Positions 37,054-50,818 of a stretch of 64,000 bases of DNA are shown in pieces. The position numbers were made by a program, and so were the translations under genes. Every line of letters begins with the position of its first letter. Position 1 is the stretch's first letter. The notes under the pieces were generated by a model that did not search any database, was not told the DNA's origin, and saw nothing but the letters and a program-made list of their open reading frames with translations. The stretch comes from Antedon mediterranea (taxonomy: Eukaryota; Animalia; Echinodermata), in NCBI RefSeq assembly GCF_964355755.1, contig NC_092678.1, forward strand, positions 22,771,365-22,835,364, read 5' to 3'.

Positions 37054-40000
37054 CAATACACAGCGGACGTGTTTCAGTCGAGCTCTCTAGGCATGACATT
37101 TCTCTGAACAATATACAGTATAGCCCGGGAATTTTGAACGAGTCCGGCCGACACAGATAGGCACAAAGGCACTCCTTGGGCCTAGTTCAAGTGTCTTTCA
37201 ACCTCGCATTTTTTAAAGCAACTAAAATATTTTTATAGCATGTTGTTTGTATAGCTGTCTGTATATTGATGATATTTTTATATGCTTCTTCATGCTGAAA
37301 TTTTACATGCATTTTTAATCTGAAATTGTGTACGGATTTTAACTGTATTTGTATCGTTGTTTTTTTTTTGTATGATCTGTTTACGGTACCGTATTGACTC
37401 ATTTCATAGCCGGTAAGTTTCTTCTTGATGGATTTTGACTTGGATTAGATTGTTGATTTATCATGGCTACGTTTCGACATACCGGTTTGCCTACTCTATT
37501 AGTGATCCTGCTGGCGGTGATAACAAAATGGAATGCCAGGGATGTCCAGAGAAATTCCAATGTTTTGCGTACAAGGAGTCCGTTTAAGGAATTCTTCACT
37601 AGCCAACATGGAATCACAGCACTTAAATTATGTTCTACGTCATACTTTGAAAAGGTATATCCACGTAAACACGGTCACGGAGGAAAAACTAAAACACGGG
37701 CAATACGACTTGGAGTTTTATTGAGACATTTTGCGTTTATGATTCTTGTTTTAAGTGGAGATATATCGTCTAACCCTGGACCCACAACTTGTGATCCATG
37801 TGGGCTGTGTTCAGGATCTGTGAAATCAAATCAACGAGGTATCTGTTGCGATGGATGTGACTCATGGTACCACATTAAATGTGCGAATATCTCTATTAAA
37901 GAATACAATCGCCTTGCCAAATCTGGCATTGCTACTCATGTATGGTACCTATCTTCAGTGATTCATTATTTGAAGATGATACTATTAATATATCTGATGT
38001 TTCGTACACAGAGTTATTAAATGCCAATTTGGAAAACGAAGATAGGCTGCTCAACGAGTTGGAATGTAAACTTCTTTGTGGTAAGGGTTTGATATTTATT
38101 CACCTTAACGTTAGAAGTCTACGTAACAAAATCGATCAAATTAGAGATATTGCAAAAAATACGAACGCATCAGTCATTGCAATAAGTGAGTCGTGGCTCG
38201 ATGATTCAATCAATGATGCTGAAATAAAAATAGAAAATTTCTCCATAGAAAGGAAAGACAGAAATGGAAAAGGGGGTGGAGTGTGTTTATATATACGCAA
38301 TACTATTTCATACTCAGTCAGAAATGATTTGGACAGAGAGGATATCGAATGCAAATGGATTGATATAATTTTGCCAAAGTCGAAGCCAATTTTAACCGGT
38401 GTATGCTATCGCCCACCAAAACAAGGTACATTTTTTAACTGTTTAGAAAACCTGCTTATGACTGTTGGAAACTTCATTGCTCAAGAAATTATTATTCTTG
38501 GAGACTTTAATGTAAATGTTTTAAATTGTAATCGTAACAACTATGAGTCAGTGACTAACTTCTGTAATATTTTCGGTCTTGAACAACTTATCACTGAACC
38601 AACTAGGATCAGTGATAACAATAGCTCAGCAATAGATTTGATCTTTGCCAGTGATCCTTTAAAAATTAAGGCCAGTGGAGTAATTCCTATTGGACTAAGT
38701 GATCACTTTTTAACGTTTTGTAGACGAAAACGGACTAATATCATTTCTGGCATACACAGAACAATTGATGTTAGATCAATGAAAAATTACAGTTCTGATT
38801 CACTGACTCATATGCTTAATAGTATTGACTGGTCAGATTGTATTAGTTTAACTTGTGTTCAATCTTCATGGGAAACATTTAAAGATAAGTTTCTGCGTAT
38901 AATTGATTCAATTGCTCCTAAAAAAAAGTTAGGGTTAAAGTAAAAGATCAACCATGGTTTGACTCAGAATTAAGAGATCTTATTAGGCAAAGAGACAAAA
39001 TGTTAATTAGATATCGTAGTACAAAGGATGTGATGCATCTCAAAGGTTTTAGAAAACTCCGAAATAGTGTAAATTATAAAATTAAAAAAGCTAAAGTAAA
39101 TTTTTATTCTGAACAACTTCAAGAAAATAAATACAAACCAAAACAATTATGGAAAGTTCTTAAAGGTCTTGGAACCTCTAAATCAAATAATAATGACAAG
39201 AAACAGGTTAGTCTTGAGATCAACAATGAATATGTTCATGATAAGAAAGAAGTTGCTGAAGAGTTTAATTCGTACTTCACCAACGTTGCTGGAGAGCTAG
39301 TAAACAAACTTGACCCTCCTAGTAATACTTATAACTTGGAACATGTCAATGTCTTTTACAGTAGCAAAGGTGTCTTTCCTAATGATTTTTCTTTCATAGA
39401 ATTATCTGAAGATAATGTTCTTAAAGCTTTGACCAAATTATCGACGAGTAAAGCTACCGGAATAGATACTTTACCAGCCAAATTCTTCAAAGATGGGGCT
39501 TCTGCAATAGCAAAACCATTAACTCATATTATTAAGTTGTCCTTCACATCCGGTATTGTACCCAAAGAATGGAAATTAGCGAGAGTCATCCCAATTCACA
39601 AAAAGGGTAGTAAAACGGTGGTAGGTAACTATCGTCCGGTGTCTATACTCTCGGCTTTTTCTAAAGTTGTTGAAAGACTAGTACATGACCAATTGATGGA
39701 ATACCTTAATTCACTTATCTATGATTTCCAATGTGGGTTCCGAGCAAATTTTTCGACAGATCTTTGTTTAATTCACCTAACTGACCATATTAAAAAGAAT
39801 TGGGATAAAGGTAATTTAACAGGTATGATAGTCTTAGACCTACAAAAGGCTTTCGATACTGTAGACCATCAGATTTTACTAGGCAAAATGAGAGCATTAG
39901 GATTGTCCCAAACAGTAATAGGTTGGTTTAAATCATATTTAACAGATAGATGGCAGGTAGTTGATAATTGTGGTACTCTTTCAACGTGGAAAAAAATAAC

Positions 40001-41138
40001 ATGTGGGGTCCCTCAGGGGTCAATATTGGGCCCACTGTTGTTCTTAATGTATGTGAATGATATGGAATCTGCATTGAGTAGTAAACTGCTCCTTTATGCC
40101 GATGATTCTGCTATAGTTGTATCTAATAAAAGTGTCGCCAATATACAAAATGTATTGTCAAAAGAATTAAAATCTATTAATTCTTGGTTATTAGATAATA
40201 GATTGTCATTGCATCTAGGCAAAACGTATTCAATTCTATTTGGATCTAAACGTAAACTCAGAAATCAACAAGAATTGAAAGTTACATGCAATGATTATAT
40301 AATCACAAACAAACCTACAGTAAGTTATCTAGGACTTGAACTCGATAACAATCTAACTGGAGATTATATAGGTAAATCAGTTATAAAGAAAGTAAACTCA
40401 AGGGTAAAATTTTTATATAGAAATAGAAAGTACTTAACTTTCAGAGATCTTAAGTTACTAGCAAATAGTTTGGTGTTATGCCTTTATGATTATGCTTGTA
40501 GCGTGTGGTACTCTGGATTAAAAAAAACATTAAAAGTTAAATTGCAAACTGCACAAAATAAGACGGTCAGATGTATTCTTGGTCTTGAACCAAGGGATCA
40601 CATTGGGGCTAATGAATTAAACAAACTGAATTGGCTCCCAGTAGACTTAAGAGTTAAACAGATAAAACTTTGTCACATGTATCGTATTATTAATGGATTA
40701 AGCCCTACGTTTATGAATGATGGTATTAGTAGAGCAAATGTAATTCACCAGTACAAAAATACTAGATTTGCAACTCAATCAATTTATAGACCATATATAG
40801 GTAACCACTCCCAAACAACCTTTGTTAACACGGCAATAACGTCATGGAATCACCTGCCAAAATTGATACAGTGTTCAGAAACCATCAATCAATTCAAAAG
40901 AAATATCAGGAAACATCTCAAAGAGGTTATGCTTGAAAGATTATAATTTATATTTATATTGTTGCTACATGTGTTATTGTTTATTGTAAATGTTTATTCT
41001 TATGGTGTTTTTATCCTTAAGGGCCACAATGGAAATAAGTTTGACCTTTGGTTACTTTTTTGTGTTACCCTGAATTCATTCTTTGTATTTTTTATGTTGT
41101 GTTATTTTATGAATTCGAATAAAGAAATGAAATGAAAT
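37054..41138 (+). mobile_element. Near full-length CR1/L2-group LINE: 2A-like motif, PHD finger, APE endonuclease, reverse transcriptase
   Basis: SGDISSNPGP then CGLC...CCDGCDSWYHIKC (PHD). HLNVRSL, ISESWL, GDFN and SDH (APE). DLQKAFD, GVPQGSILGP and YADD (RT). Frameshifts near 37925 and in the A-run near 38925. 3' tail aataaa(gaaat)n. Confidence 0.92.
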
Positions 41139-41523
41139 ATTATTACTCCTACTAACTATTATTACTACTCCTACTATTATTACTATTACTGTCCGTCTAA
41201 TACAAAATGTGTATATTAATTGAAAGTTTAACAAAATAATGCTCACGGTGTGTTATTCCGTCTGCCTATCCAGGCCTACTAGCACTTTTTTTCAATACTG
41301 TATAAAGTGTATTTATTGTATTCTATGCATAGTCCCAAAACAGCATCATTTAATTATTGAATTATTACTCTACTATTATTATTACTCCTACTATTATTAT
41401 TACTCTACTATTATTATTACTCTACTATTATTATTACTCCTACTATTATTATTACTCTACTATTATTATTACTCTACTATTATTATTACTCCTACTATTA
41501 TTATTACTATTTATTATTATTAT
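41139..41523. repeat. (tat/tac)n microsatellites within a short tandem duplication
   Basis: Two ATT/ACT-rich arrays, each followed by the same atacaaaatgtgtatattaattgaaag sequence. Confidence 0.8.
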
Positions 41524-42559
41524 CAGTCTGATACAAAATGTGTATATTAATTGAAAGTTTTAAAAAAAAATGCTGACGGTGTGTTATGTCGTCTGCTTGC
41601 TAAAAAGATAGGGCGTACTTCGTTATATAACAGTCCACCATTCGTCTTTCGTCATTTTGTGTAATGTCATTCCGTCATATATTATGTAGTAGGCAAACTC
41701 AGTCGCAAAATGGCTTATGAATTGAAAAATAAACCCATATTTTAACAGAAATGCAGATTATATAGGCATATTCTAATTATTTATATACTCTACTACTTAC
41801 TTATTTCTTCCAATTTCCAATGAACAATGACAGTAGTCTTTATTGCATTCTGTGTTTAGTAACAAATATACACTTTTCACAGTATTTGCTCTGCATTGCG
41901 TATTATCGTAGAGTAAACAACAATGATCGTCACAATGTGGACTTTACTCTCAACAATAGAGAGACTCTGTCCCTCATTTATCAATTCACATGATATGAAA
42001 AATAAACACCATCACTTTAATCAATCCCTTTGTACTTGTCTGAGGTGGTACATTCCAGTTCTATTATATCTAACTATAGAAAACTTACTCCAACAAAAGC
42101 AAATTTATTTTCGGTGCTAAACCTATTGGTACATCTAACAAGATTCTTGAAATGTTTTCGTCGACAGTAAACTTTTTTAATCACTCACAGTTTTCAATGT
42201 TAATAGACCTATAATGTAATTAAGACGTTATACCAAGATGAATGTCTGTTCATTATAACATAGTATGACATTTTGCAACAGTACCTCTAAACTGTAGAAT
42301 TTGCAATGTTTATTAGTAGGCCTAGTTTTAAAATATGCCAAATTTAATTTCCAGGTTGACCTATCGATTTTAAAACCAATAAAAAAAAAGGTAACGAAGC
42401 ATAATTACAATGCATATTTTATTTAATCAAAGGCATTGGTTAAACATAACTTGAAATACTTGGCCATAAAACAAATAAATAGTACAAACCAAGTGATGTT
42501 TTTCGGTAATACAGTAATATATATTAAAAGACCACAATTTCAGATAAAGGTTAATTTCA

Positions 42560-42762
42560 TATTTTATTCCATTCTTTTTTCATCTGAAAACAATTAAAGT
42601 TAAAACTATTGCCACTAATGTATTTAAGACAACTACCTAAAATGTACGTAAATGTACCTTCATTTCTGGAGGGATACACTTTTTCGTGTTCTTTTACAAT
42701 TTAAGATATTTGAGAATGAATAATAATGATGTGATGCCCTAATTACCAACCAGTGTTTCATG
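42560..42762 (-). pseudogene. Decayed NACHT-LRR exon fragment fused to a DED exon
   Basis: An alternative frame reads MKHWLVIRASHHYYSFS and nearby PPEMKVH, matching MKHWLVNRASNYYSF...SPEMKIH of the paralogous NACHT exons. Confidence 0.7.
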
Positions 42763-45700
42763 AATTTTCTTGATTTTGCATGGTTCATTAGCTAGTACTT
42801 CAATTTCTAATTTAAAAACGACATTCCAAATATTTTGTAAGTTATGATGTTTTAGGTTGTAGTAAGAAACCAAACGTTTTAATGCATCTGGATGAACTTG
42901 TCTCATGGCTTTAAACAGTCGCTTCCGATCATCTGACAACATTGTATCATCATCAATATATTGAAGTCTGTTGTCCTTCATATACTGTCTTATAAGATCT
43001 TCGGCAGGCTTCACTTCTGTTAGCTTCGTAATCTCTAATAGCAGACTTACATTAGTAGGTGTGATTAAGCCTTTTAATTCAAGTGCATTAAACAAGTCAT
43101 TTCCAATAGCATCTGTAGTATCACTAACACTTAAATAGTCAATTAGACAGAATCTTAACCAATAATATCTTTCACCCTCATAATATCTACTGAGATCAGC
43201 ATTCATGGTTTTAAACTTTATTTTAGATTCTGTAATTTTACTGTATTTTATTGTGTCTGCAAAAAAACAACAAATTGTATACATTAATTAATTCTTAATT
43301 CTACATTAATTCTTCTATTTCTGGTTAAAGGTCTTGATCGTATTAAACGGCATACACAAACAGGAGAAATAATATACAAAAATAATAACAGTACTGAGAT
43401 CAGCGTTAATTGTTTGAAACGAACTGAGTTGATGCATACATTACGTCACAAATGTCCGTATTGCGTCAACTAGTATGGCTCACTGACACTCGACGCAGCT
43501 CTCTCATGTCGTAGGCCTACTGTGTCGTAGGCTTAAACTTAACATTTTTTGTGTCTATCGCGCTAAAATTGAGGTTTTATTGTTGGAAATGCTATTAGAA
43601 GTCTATAAATATCATATTTCGTTAAATTAACACTTTGAATTGACAGGTCTTGGTAGGTCTTGGTAGGTCTTGGTATTTAGGAAAACCCGTTTGAACGGTT
43701 TGGGATTTGTCAATGAATTGTGCTGTGTCTAAATTACATTACATACGGTATACAAATTATTAGTCGCGTGCAACGCGACTCCACAGCTCACTATGTCGGT
43801 CGGTTAGTCGGTTGGTCGGTCGGTAAACACTAACTTGAGCACGCGACTGCAGCCATGTATATGCCATAGCCATAGGGATTTAGTTCCCATTTGCGTTACC
43901 TGCGACTAACTTTGTGGTTGTTTTGTTGTTGGCAATAAACAATAAGAATTAATGTGAAAATTAATAGTTACCTACCATAATCACTTTCCGTTAATTTGCG
44001 ATCCAAAACAAAACATGAGAATATGTTAGGAATAGCTATTACGATTGCAATGACCAGTGCTAAAACTATTAAGGAAAAAACAAACATTTATCAAAGTTAA
44101 TTGTGAAGTTTCACTCCAAAATTGTAGATTAAAGTACAATAAAAAAAGAACAAATTAGTAATTCATAATTATGATTAATTCACAGTATGAATTGCTTTTT
44201 ATGATTGATAGTGAATTTATCGAAAATAATTATAAGTTTTTATGATCAACACTTACCTGTACATATGGCTATAGGCTTCTTACATGATGAAGATATCCAG
44301 TTATGTTTAACTTGTTCTAAATTTAAATTAACAAAATAAAATTCTAAAATAAGTTAAAATATTAATATAAATTTTAAATCATAGTAAGCAACCAAATTCC
44401 AAATTTATTCCATAGCTAATTCTTCTTCATTAAATTATGATTAATTAGATTTTGATATTTTTGTAATTACTTTCACACGGTCATTATTATTATGTATCAG
44501 TTAGGAAATGTATTCTTAACTTCCTCAGCTACCCACAGGTGATGATTGTTCTTTGTAATTCAATACAATAAAATACTTACTATTATTACGCGTTCCTTTG
44601 CCTATAAGAATAAAATTAAATATCAAATATGTATTATGATTAAAACTGATCTAAATAATTCAGTTGATTTTTGATGAACATTAATCAGGTTTGATCTATT
44701 GATAGAGTTGCATCAATTTTATAATATATCTCCAATATATATAAACATATCTCCAAAAAAGTTGGAGATTTTTCATTAAATTTAGATAACAAAGCTAAAA
44801 TTTAAGGCCCTATTTCAGGATTACAGAGCATGCATGGTTTAAGTTCATTTGATGATTACTTCTTCTTCTTTTTTTATTAGTTATTAGAAAAGAAAAAATA
44901 AATTAAAAGAGGCTTTTGAATACATTGCATAACATAGGTCAATGTTACATACACATTTACGATATTCTTTATGCTTACCGAAACGTGTAGGCCTAATTGG
45001 TTTACATTTATATTTCCGGTTACCTGTAGGATAGAAATAAAAATACAATATGTAACAAAATTCAAACCAAAATAATGTCATTAACCCATGACGTCATTTA
45101 CCAAAGAACGTCATTTATCCATAACCAATAATATCATTTTAGTCTCTGTTGTGACACTATAGATCATTCTCTATGACTGTTTTTTTTTTTCAAACATGAT
45201 GGAGCGGTTATGATTTATTTTGTAATGGTTTGCGCCACCTACAGGTCAATATCATCATTACATTATATGATAATGAATGGTGTACGAGTAGCTCACGTTG
45301 TTTTGTGTTTCATACATCTATCTTACAGTATTTGTAGTTACATAATATTTGAATGTTCAATCACAGAAAATGGAGTCTCATCAAGCCCTTTTCCCTCTCT
45401 TGCACCCGTGCACCCCAATGTTTAGTATTCACTAGATTTGTTAATGATGTTACTAGATAGGCTAAGCTCCATACCTGTAGAACAATATTGTATTGTTTTC
45501 TAAAACAAATGTAATGAGTAAATAAAAAAGAAGCTCTTTATCGAGATTGGTAGACATACCTAGTAGAATATGATGTGCCACATTGTTTAGTAGTTTTGCA
45601 AATATTTCAATTTGTTGTTGTGAATCTAAGTTTCCGGCTTTCTCAATGTGATATACAGCATCCCAAATGTTGTCGTAGTTGAAGGCACTCAGTTGATAGA

Positions 45701-46070
45701 AATCAATCACATTCCTTAAGTCATCTTTGTCTACGTTAGTAAGCGCTGTAAACAGTGCTCTGCGGTAGTTAGTTATTATTGTCTCTGATGTGTTATTACT
45801 GCATTGAACAGTATTCTTGTATTCTGTTATACAATTTATCGCTGATTTCTGATTAGTTACTTCAGCAATGTCCAACAACAGCCTCACATCAGTTTTTGAG
45901 ATAAATCGGTTACGAGTAAGTGTATTAAATAGGCCCATGGCTAATTGATCTAGATATCCAATAGGTATAACACCATATAGAAGCATTCTTAACTTCCGAA
46001 CTTCAGTGCCAGCATAGAGTTTGCTAAGTTTTTCCAGAAACATGCGGTATTTAAGAACATTTTCGTTCAT
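42739..46070 (-). CDS. Chimeric locus E: DED-like - basic linker - TM - second DED-like module, no NACHT (~414 aa; may be a pseudogene)
   Basis: Exons 45560-46070 (close paralog of the gene A first coding exon), 44979-45023, 44581-44601, 44257-44316, 43976-44065 (VLALVIAIVIAIPNIFSCFVL) and 42739-43256 (paralog of the gene D DED exon). GT-AG, phase 1, 1245 nt in frame. Confidence 0.6.
43761..43871 (+). mobile_element. Minimal HINE-related element
   Basis: tagtcgcgtgcaacgcgact hairpin, cactatgtcggtcgg core and cacgcgact subTIR are shared with the larger HINE family. Confidence 0.6.
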
Positions 46071-47189
46071 TTTTAATCTGAAAACAAAAATCTATTACTA
46101 GTAAAAAACTCACAATATTAACACAATTTGGAACAATTTTTATAAATTTTAGCCAGCTAAGGACTGGAAAAATCGTTCAAACGTAAGCAATTAATGTGTA
46201 GGCCTAACTTTCTAACTATGCATAGTCCCAAATGTTCAACACACCCTGACCTGAAGAATCTTTAGTTTAAACTACATTAGGCCTACTAAATCAATATCAA
46301 CATTACAGTTACTACCAACAATATCACTGACCTATTTCAATGTATTGGAAATAACAGCCTTATAAATTAAAATTAGATTTTCTTCAACAGTATTTCTTTC
46401 TTTTTTTGATCATCTCCATTTTTTCTGATTGAAGTTTGATCAGATGCCTCGTAAACTGATCGAAACGTTTAGTGCAAGAACTATATAATACTATATGTAC
46501 TGATTTATACTTTACCAGTTGTTGTTTCTTTCTGATGAACAGTAACGGTAGGCGTATTCAAAATCGACAAGACAAGTTCCAAAATGGTTGCTGTACACTG
46601 AACCGTAACATCTCAGGGTTGACTTTATCGTTTTTTCATTTTAATATCTACTTGTTTTTTTGTCTAGTGTAGGCCTATGTCTACTGTTAAATCCAATTCA
46701 GAAGAGTTTGCAACAAAACTGATTAATTGAACCTGAACCTGTGTAAATCCTATTTTAATGCACTTGTGCTAAATAAATTGCCTATGAATATACTGTCGAC
46801 AACAAGTATTTGGAAGTATTATATGTAGAGTATTGTATATTATTCAGTAATTATTCTATTTCACTGAAGCGCGTCTACATGGGTCGTAGTCTATGAGTGG
46901 ACGTTAACGTGCCAGTGATCTTACTGCGTAACCTCTAGTATTCCATCGCTGGGTCGGTGGACGGGCTTATTAGGTCAGGCTAAGTTTGTAGCTTGGCTTA
47001 GCCTAGATCCTTAATTTTCTGAACAAATGTTGTCGTCCTAGTGATAAAACTCAGGCCAAAACCTGTAGTATTTTGTATATGTAGTATATTCTTGTGAGCT
47101 TTATTCAATCAATTATATTATTATTTTTAGTCATAATAATGTGTAGTATTATACTGGCAATTAAAAAAAAATTATATTTGTAGCTATAT

Positions 47190-50131
47190 TCTATGCGACC
47201 GAGAAGGTAAGACGTACACATACGGAGCTCCGCCACAAATATTTTATACTTTGCCAACACCAATTACGCCTGGTCATTCTTTTGGATTTCATAAAGTAGT
47301 AAGTTATCTTACCTTTAATCACATCATTAACAGTATTTAATCATTAAAATGAGTACTAGAAAGAGTAAAAAATCGGCCGATCCAACGCCTACAACCGACT
47401 CAATTGAAACTGCCGCTACTACAAATGACGCGTCAGCACAAATAAATGCCCTTCGTAGTGAGCTCCAGAAATTTGCAGCTGATATTAACTCAAAAATTGA
47501 CAATGGAATTAAATCAATTAAAGATAATCAACAGGTATTGATCAGCAGAATGGAAGAAATAGAAAATAAACAATCTGTTATGGAAAAATCACTGGAATTT
47601 GTTTCGAAAAATACAACTGAAATAAAAACGGAAGTGACTGGACTGGAGGCTAGCGTCACTTTAATTGAAGCGGAACTGAAAGAAAAGGGTGACAGAATCA
47701 GCGTTTTGGAAAAGGAATTACTCAAAATGGAAAGATACAGTAGGAGTTTCAATCTAAGATTCGGAGGCATCCCAGAAAAGGAAGGAGAAAATCCGATAGA
47801 TGAAATATCAAATTTAATAGGTAATGAACTTGACTTAGCAGGCGTTACCATTGAAAACGCACACAGAACGGGTAGGCCTAAAACCGGATCGCAAACAACA
47901 GTCCCCAGACACATAATAGCGAAATTTCTATACAGACCGCAAAGGTTCTCTATCCTATCAAAGGCTAAAAAAATTAAGAAAAAAAGCTTTTATGTCATGG
48001 AAGACCTACCCCTATCTGATGTGAAAAAAAAAACATCAACTAAAGGATGTAATGTCGAAGGCATATCTAGCAGGCAAGCACCCGTCTTTTCGTAACGGCA
48101 CATTGTACATAGATGGAATGCCTTATCGTGAATAGTCCTAATGACGCAATCAGAATGTAATTTGAATAGCTATTCAAGTATTTATCGCACATTGACACGT
48201 AGGCCTATTTTATATAATCGTATATTCTACCTTTAGAAGGCCTAGTAGACGTGTGCATTGCGTTTTTTATGTACATATACGAGAACCATTATGTTATGTT
48301 GGACCATCATGGACCTGATTATTTGGCGGAGCAAAGAAGCAAAGAAATTGACTATTTATTTATAATACTTACTTTGTAATGAACTTGCATATATGTATTC
48401 ATAGGAGGTGGCGATGATAGAGTTACACCATACGTTATTAAATTGATTTCTCCATTCATTATTAATCACCTTACGTTCTGTATTAATTCATCTTTTTCTT
48501 CAGGTAGTTTTCCCAATTATTTAAAGTTAGCAAAAGTTATTCCAATTTTCAAGAAAGGTAGACAAGATATACTTTCAAATTACAGACCCATTTCACTACT
48601 TAGTACCTTTTCCAAAATCATTGAAAAATTAATGTACTCCCGTCTCTATGAGTTCCTGGATTGCAATAACGTACTCTTTGCTCATCAATATGGTTTTCGT
48701 AAATCTCATTCCACTTCACATGCAATCCTTGATCTCATAAATAATGTAACAAACTCCTTTGAAAAAAGACAATTTTTGTTATCTGTCTTTGTTGACTTAT
48801 CCAAGGCCTTCGATATTATAGATCACCGTATACTTATTAATAAACTTAACAATTATGGAATCAGGGGTATTACCTTAAACTGGTTTCGTAGTTACTTAAG
48901 TATGAGGAAGCAATATGTCTCGTTTGGTAATTGTATATCACCAGAGGAGGAGATGACATGTGGGGTGCCACAAGGGTCGGTTCTTGGCCCTCTCCTTTTT
49001 TTAATTTACGTAAATGACTTATCCAGAGTCAGTGACACCCTCCATGTCATCTCCTTTGCTGATGACACTACACTATTTTTTTATCATTCAGATTTAAAAG
49101 TTTTATTTTCTATAGTTAATAATGAATTGTCAAAATATAATGACTGGTTCATCTCAAATAAACTCCTTATAAACTCCATGAAAACCAATTACATTCTTTT
49201 TCATACACAACGTCAATCGTTAGACCTTACTGATTACAATATATTTATTAATGGAGATAACATTAAACAAACGTCAGAGACTATGTTCCTTGGTGTTTTA
49301 ATCCAGGAAAACTTGAGATGGACCAGTCATCAGAATCATATTGCAAATAAAATTTCTAAAACAATTGGGATTATAAATAATCTTAAGCACACTTTTCCCC
49401 GGCGTATCCTTCTTTCATTATATAATACTTTAATTTTACCTCATCTTTATTATTGTAACATTATTTGGGCTGCAGACTATCCATCACATCTCGATAAACT
49501 TAATAAGCTGATTAAGCGTGCTATTAGAAATATTACTTTTACGTCTCGCATTACTCCATCTGAACCTTTATTTTATGAACTTAAGTTACTGAAGTTAGGT
49601 GATATACATAAATTGCAAAGTGCCTCTTTTGTCTTTCAATATTTTTCTAACAATCTTCCTTCTCCCATGATGAATTTATTTAACACTGCTGATTTCAACC
49701 ATGGTCATAATTTAAGAAGTACTGTTCATAAGTTTCAGTTAACTATTCCTTTTGTAAGATTAACTAGTTCTTCCCACTTTATTTATGTTTCTGGCCCTTT
49801 AATTTGGAATCAATTAGATACCAGTATTGTTAACTCTTCCTCTCTCCCAACTTTTCGTAAAAAACTTAAAAGTAATTTGTTATCATTGTACTCAAACTAG
49901 ACCTTCAAACTGTTTTTGTCATGAGTTTTTTATTTTATTTAATAATTACATACAAATGTATTTTTTTCTTTGGTTTATAGGTCTTGCGTGACAAGTATTC
50001 TCTTCTTGCAAGATCCTCTATTAATGGTATTTTTTTGTATTTTCTCATTATAAATTATCATTCTTTTTTTATTGTATTGTTTTACCATTGATAGAAACTA
50101 ATAAATGTTGAATTATTATTATTATTATTAT
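47190..50131 (+). mobile_element. CR1/L2-group LINE with coiled-coil/RRM ORF1 and an RT lacking the endonuclease region
   Basis: ORF1 47349-48135 (coiled coil, NLRFGGIPE, AHRTG, PRHIIAKF; A-run frameshift near 48030). RT 48443-49900 (DLSKAFD, GVPQGSVLGP, FADD). (tta)n tail. Empty site visible near 9950-9965. Confidence 0.9.
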
Positions 50132-50529
50132 ATAACAATAACACGTGAAGTAAAATATTTTAAAGAGACAATAAATTATAATCTTAAATAAGAGTTTAAA
50201 TGTTTAAAAAAAAATAACATTTTAAAATATAAGACCAGAATAGTTTATTTATTTAGATAAAATCGAGAATGGTAAATATTTTGTTCATGATACGTTGAGA
50301 TTTTAGGTACAGTATTAAAATATTTGCTAATACATTTTTTTTTTAATAGACCGATTTCTCTTTATTTTTCTTCTGAGTTATCAAGGCTATTCTATTACAC
50401 AAGTTTTTCGGTGTTAACATAAAGTATTTATTATAATTATTAAAATTAACTCTTTATTTAAAATTACCAATTAAAATCGGTAAGTCACAGTTTGTAAATA
50501 TAATTAATGTACTTTACTACATTCTCAGA

Positions 50530-50818
50530 AAATCATCGCGAGACCATTCTCCGCCAATCATCGCGAGACCATTCTTCTCCACCAATCATCGCGAGACCAT
50601 TCTCCGCCAATCATCGCGAGACCATTCTCCGCCAATCATCGCGAGACCATTCTCCGCCAATCATCGCGAGACCATTATTCTCCGCCAATCATCGCGAGAC
50701 CATTCTTCTCCGCCAATCATCGCGAGACCATTCTTCTCCGCCAATCATCGCGAGACCATTCTCCGCCAATCATCGCGAGACCATTCTCCGCCAATCATCG
50801 CGAGACCATTCTCCGCCA
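50530..50818. repeat. 25-bp minisatellite, paralog of 10340-10571
   Basis: About 11 tandem units with occasional 3-bp insertions. Confidence 0.9.

Noticed and set aside
41239-41554. Poly-Leu/Tyr/Ile membrane-protein ORFs
   Set aside because: Translation of (tat/tac)n microsatellite.
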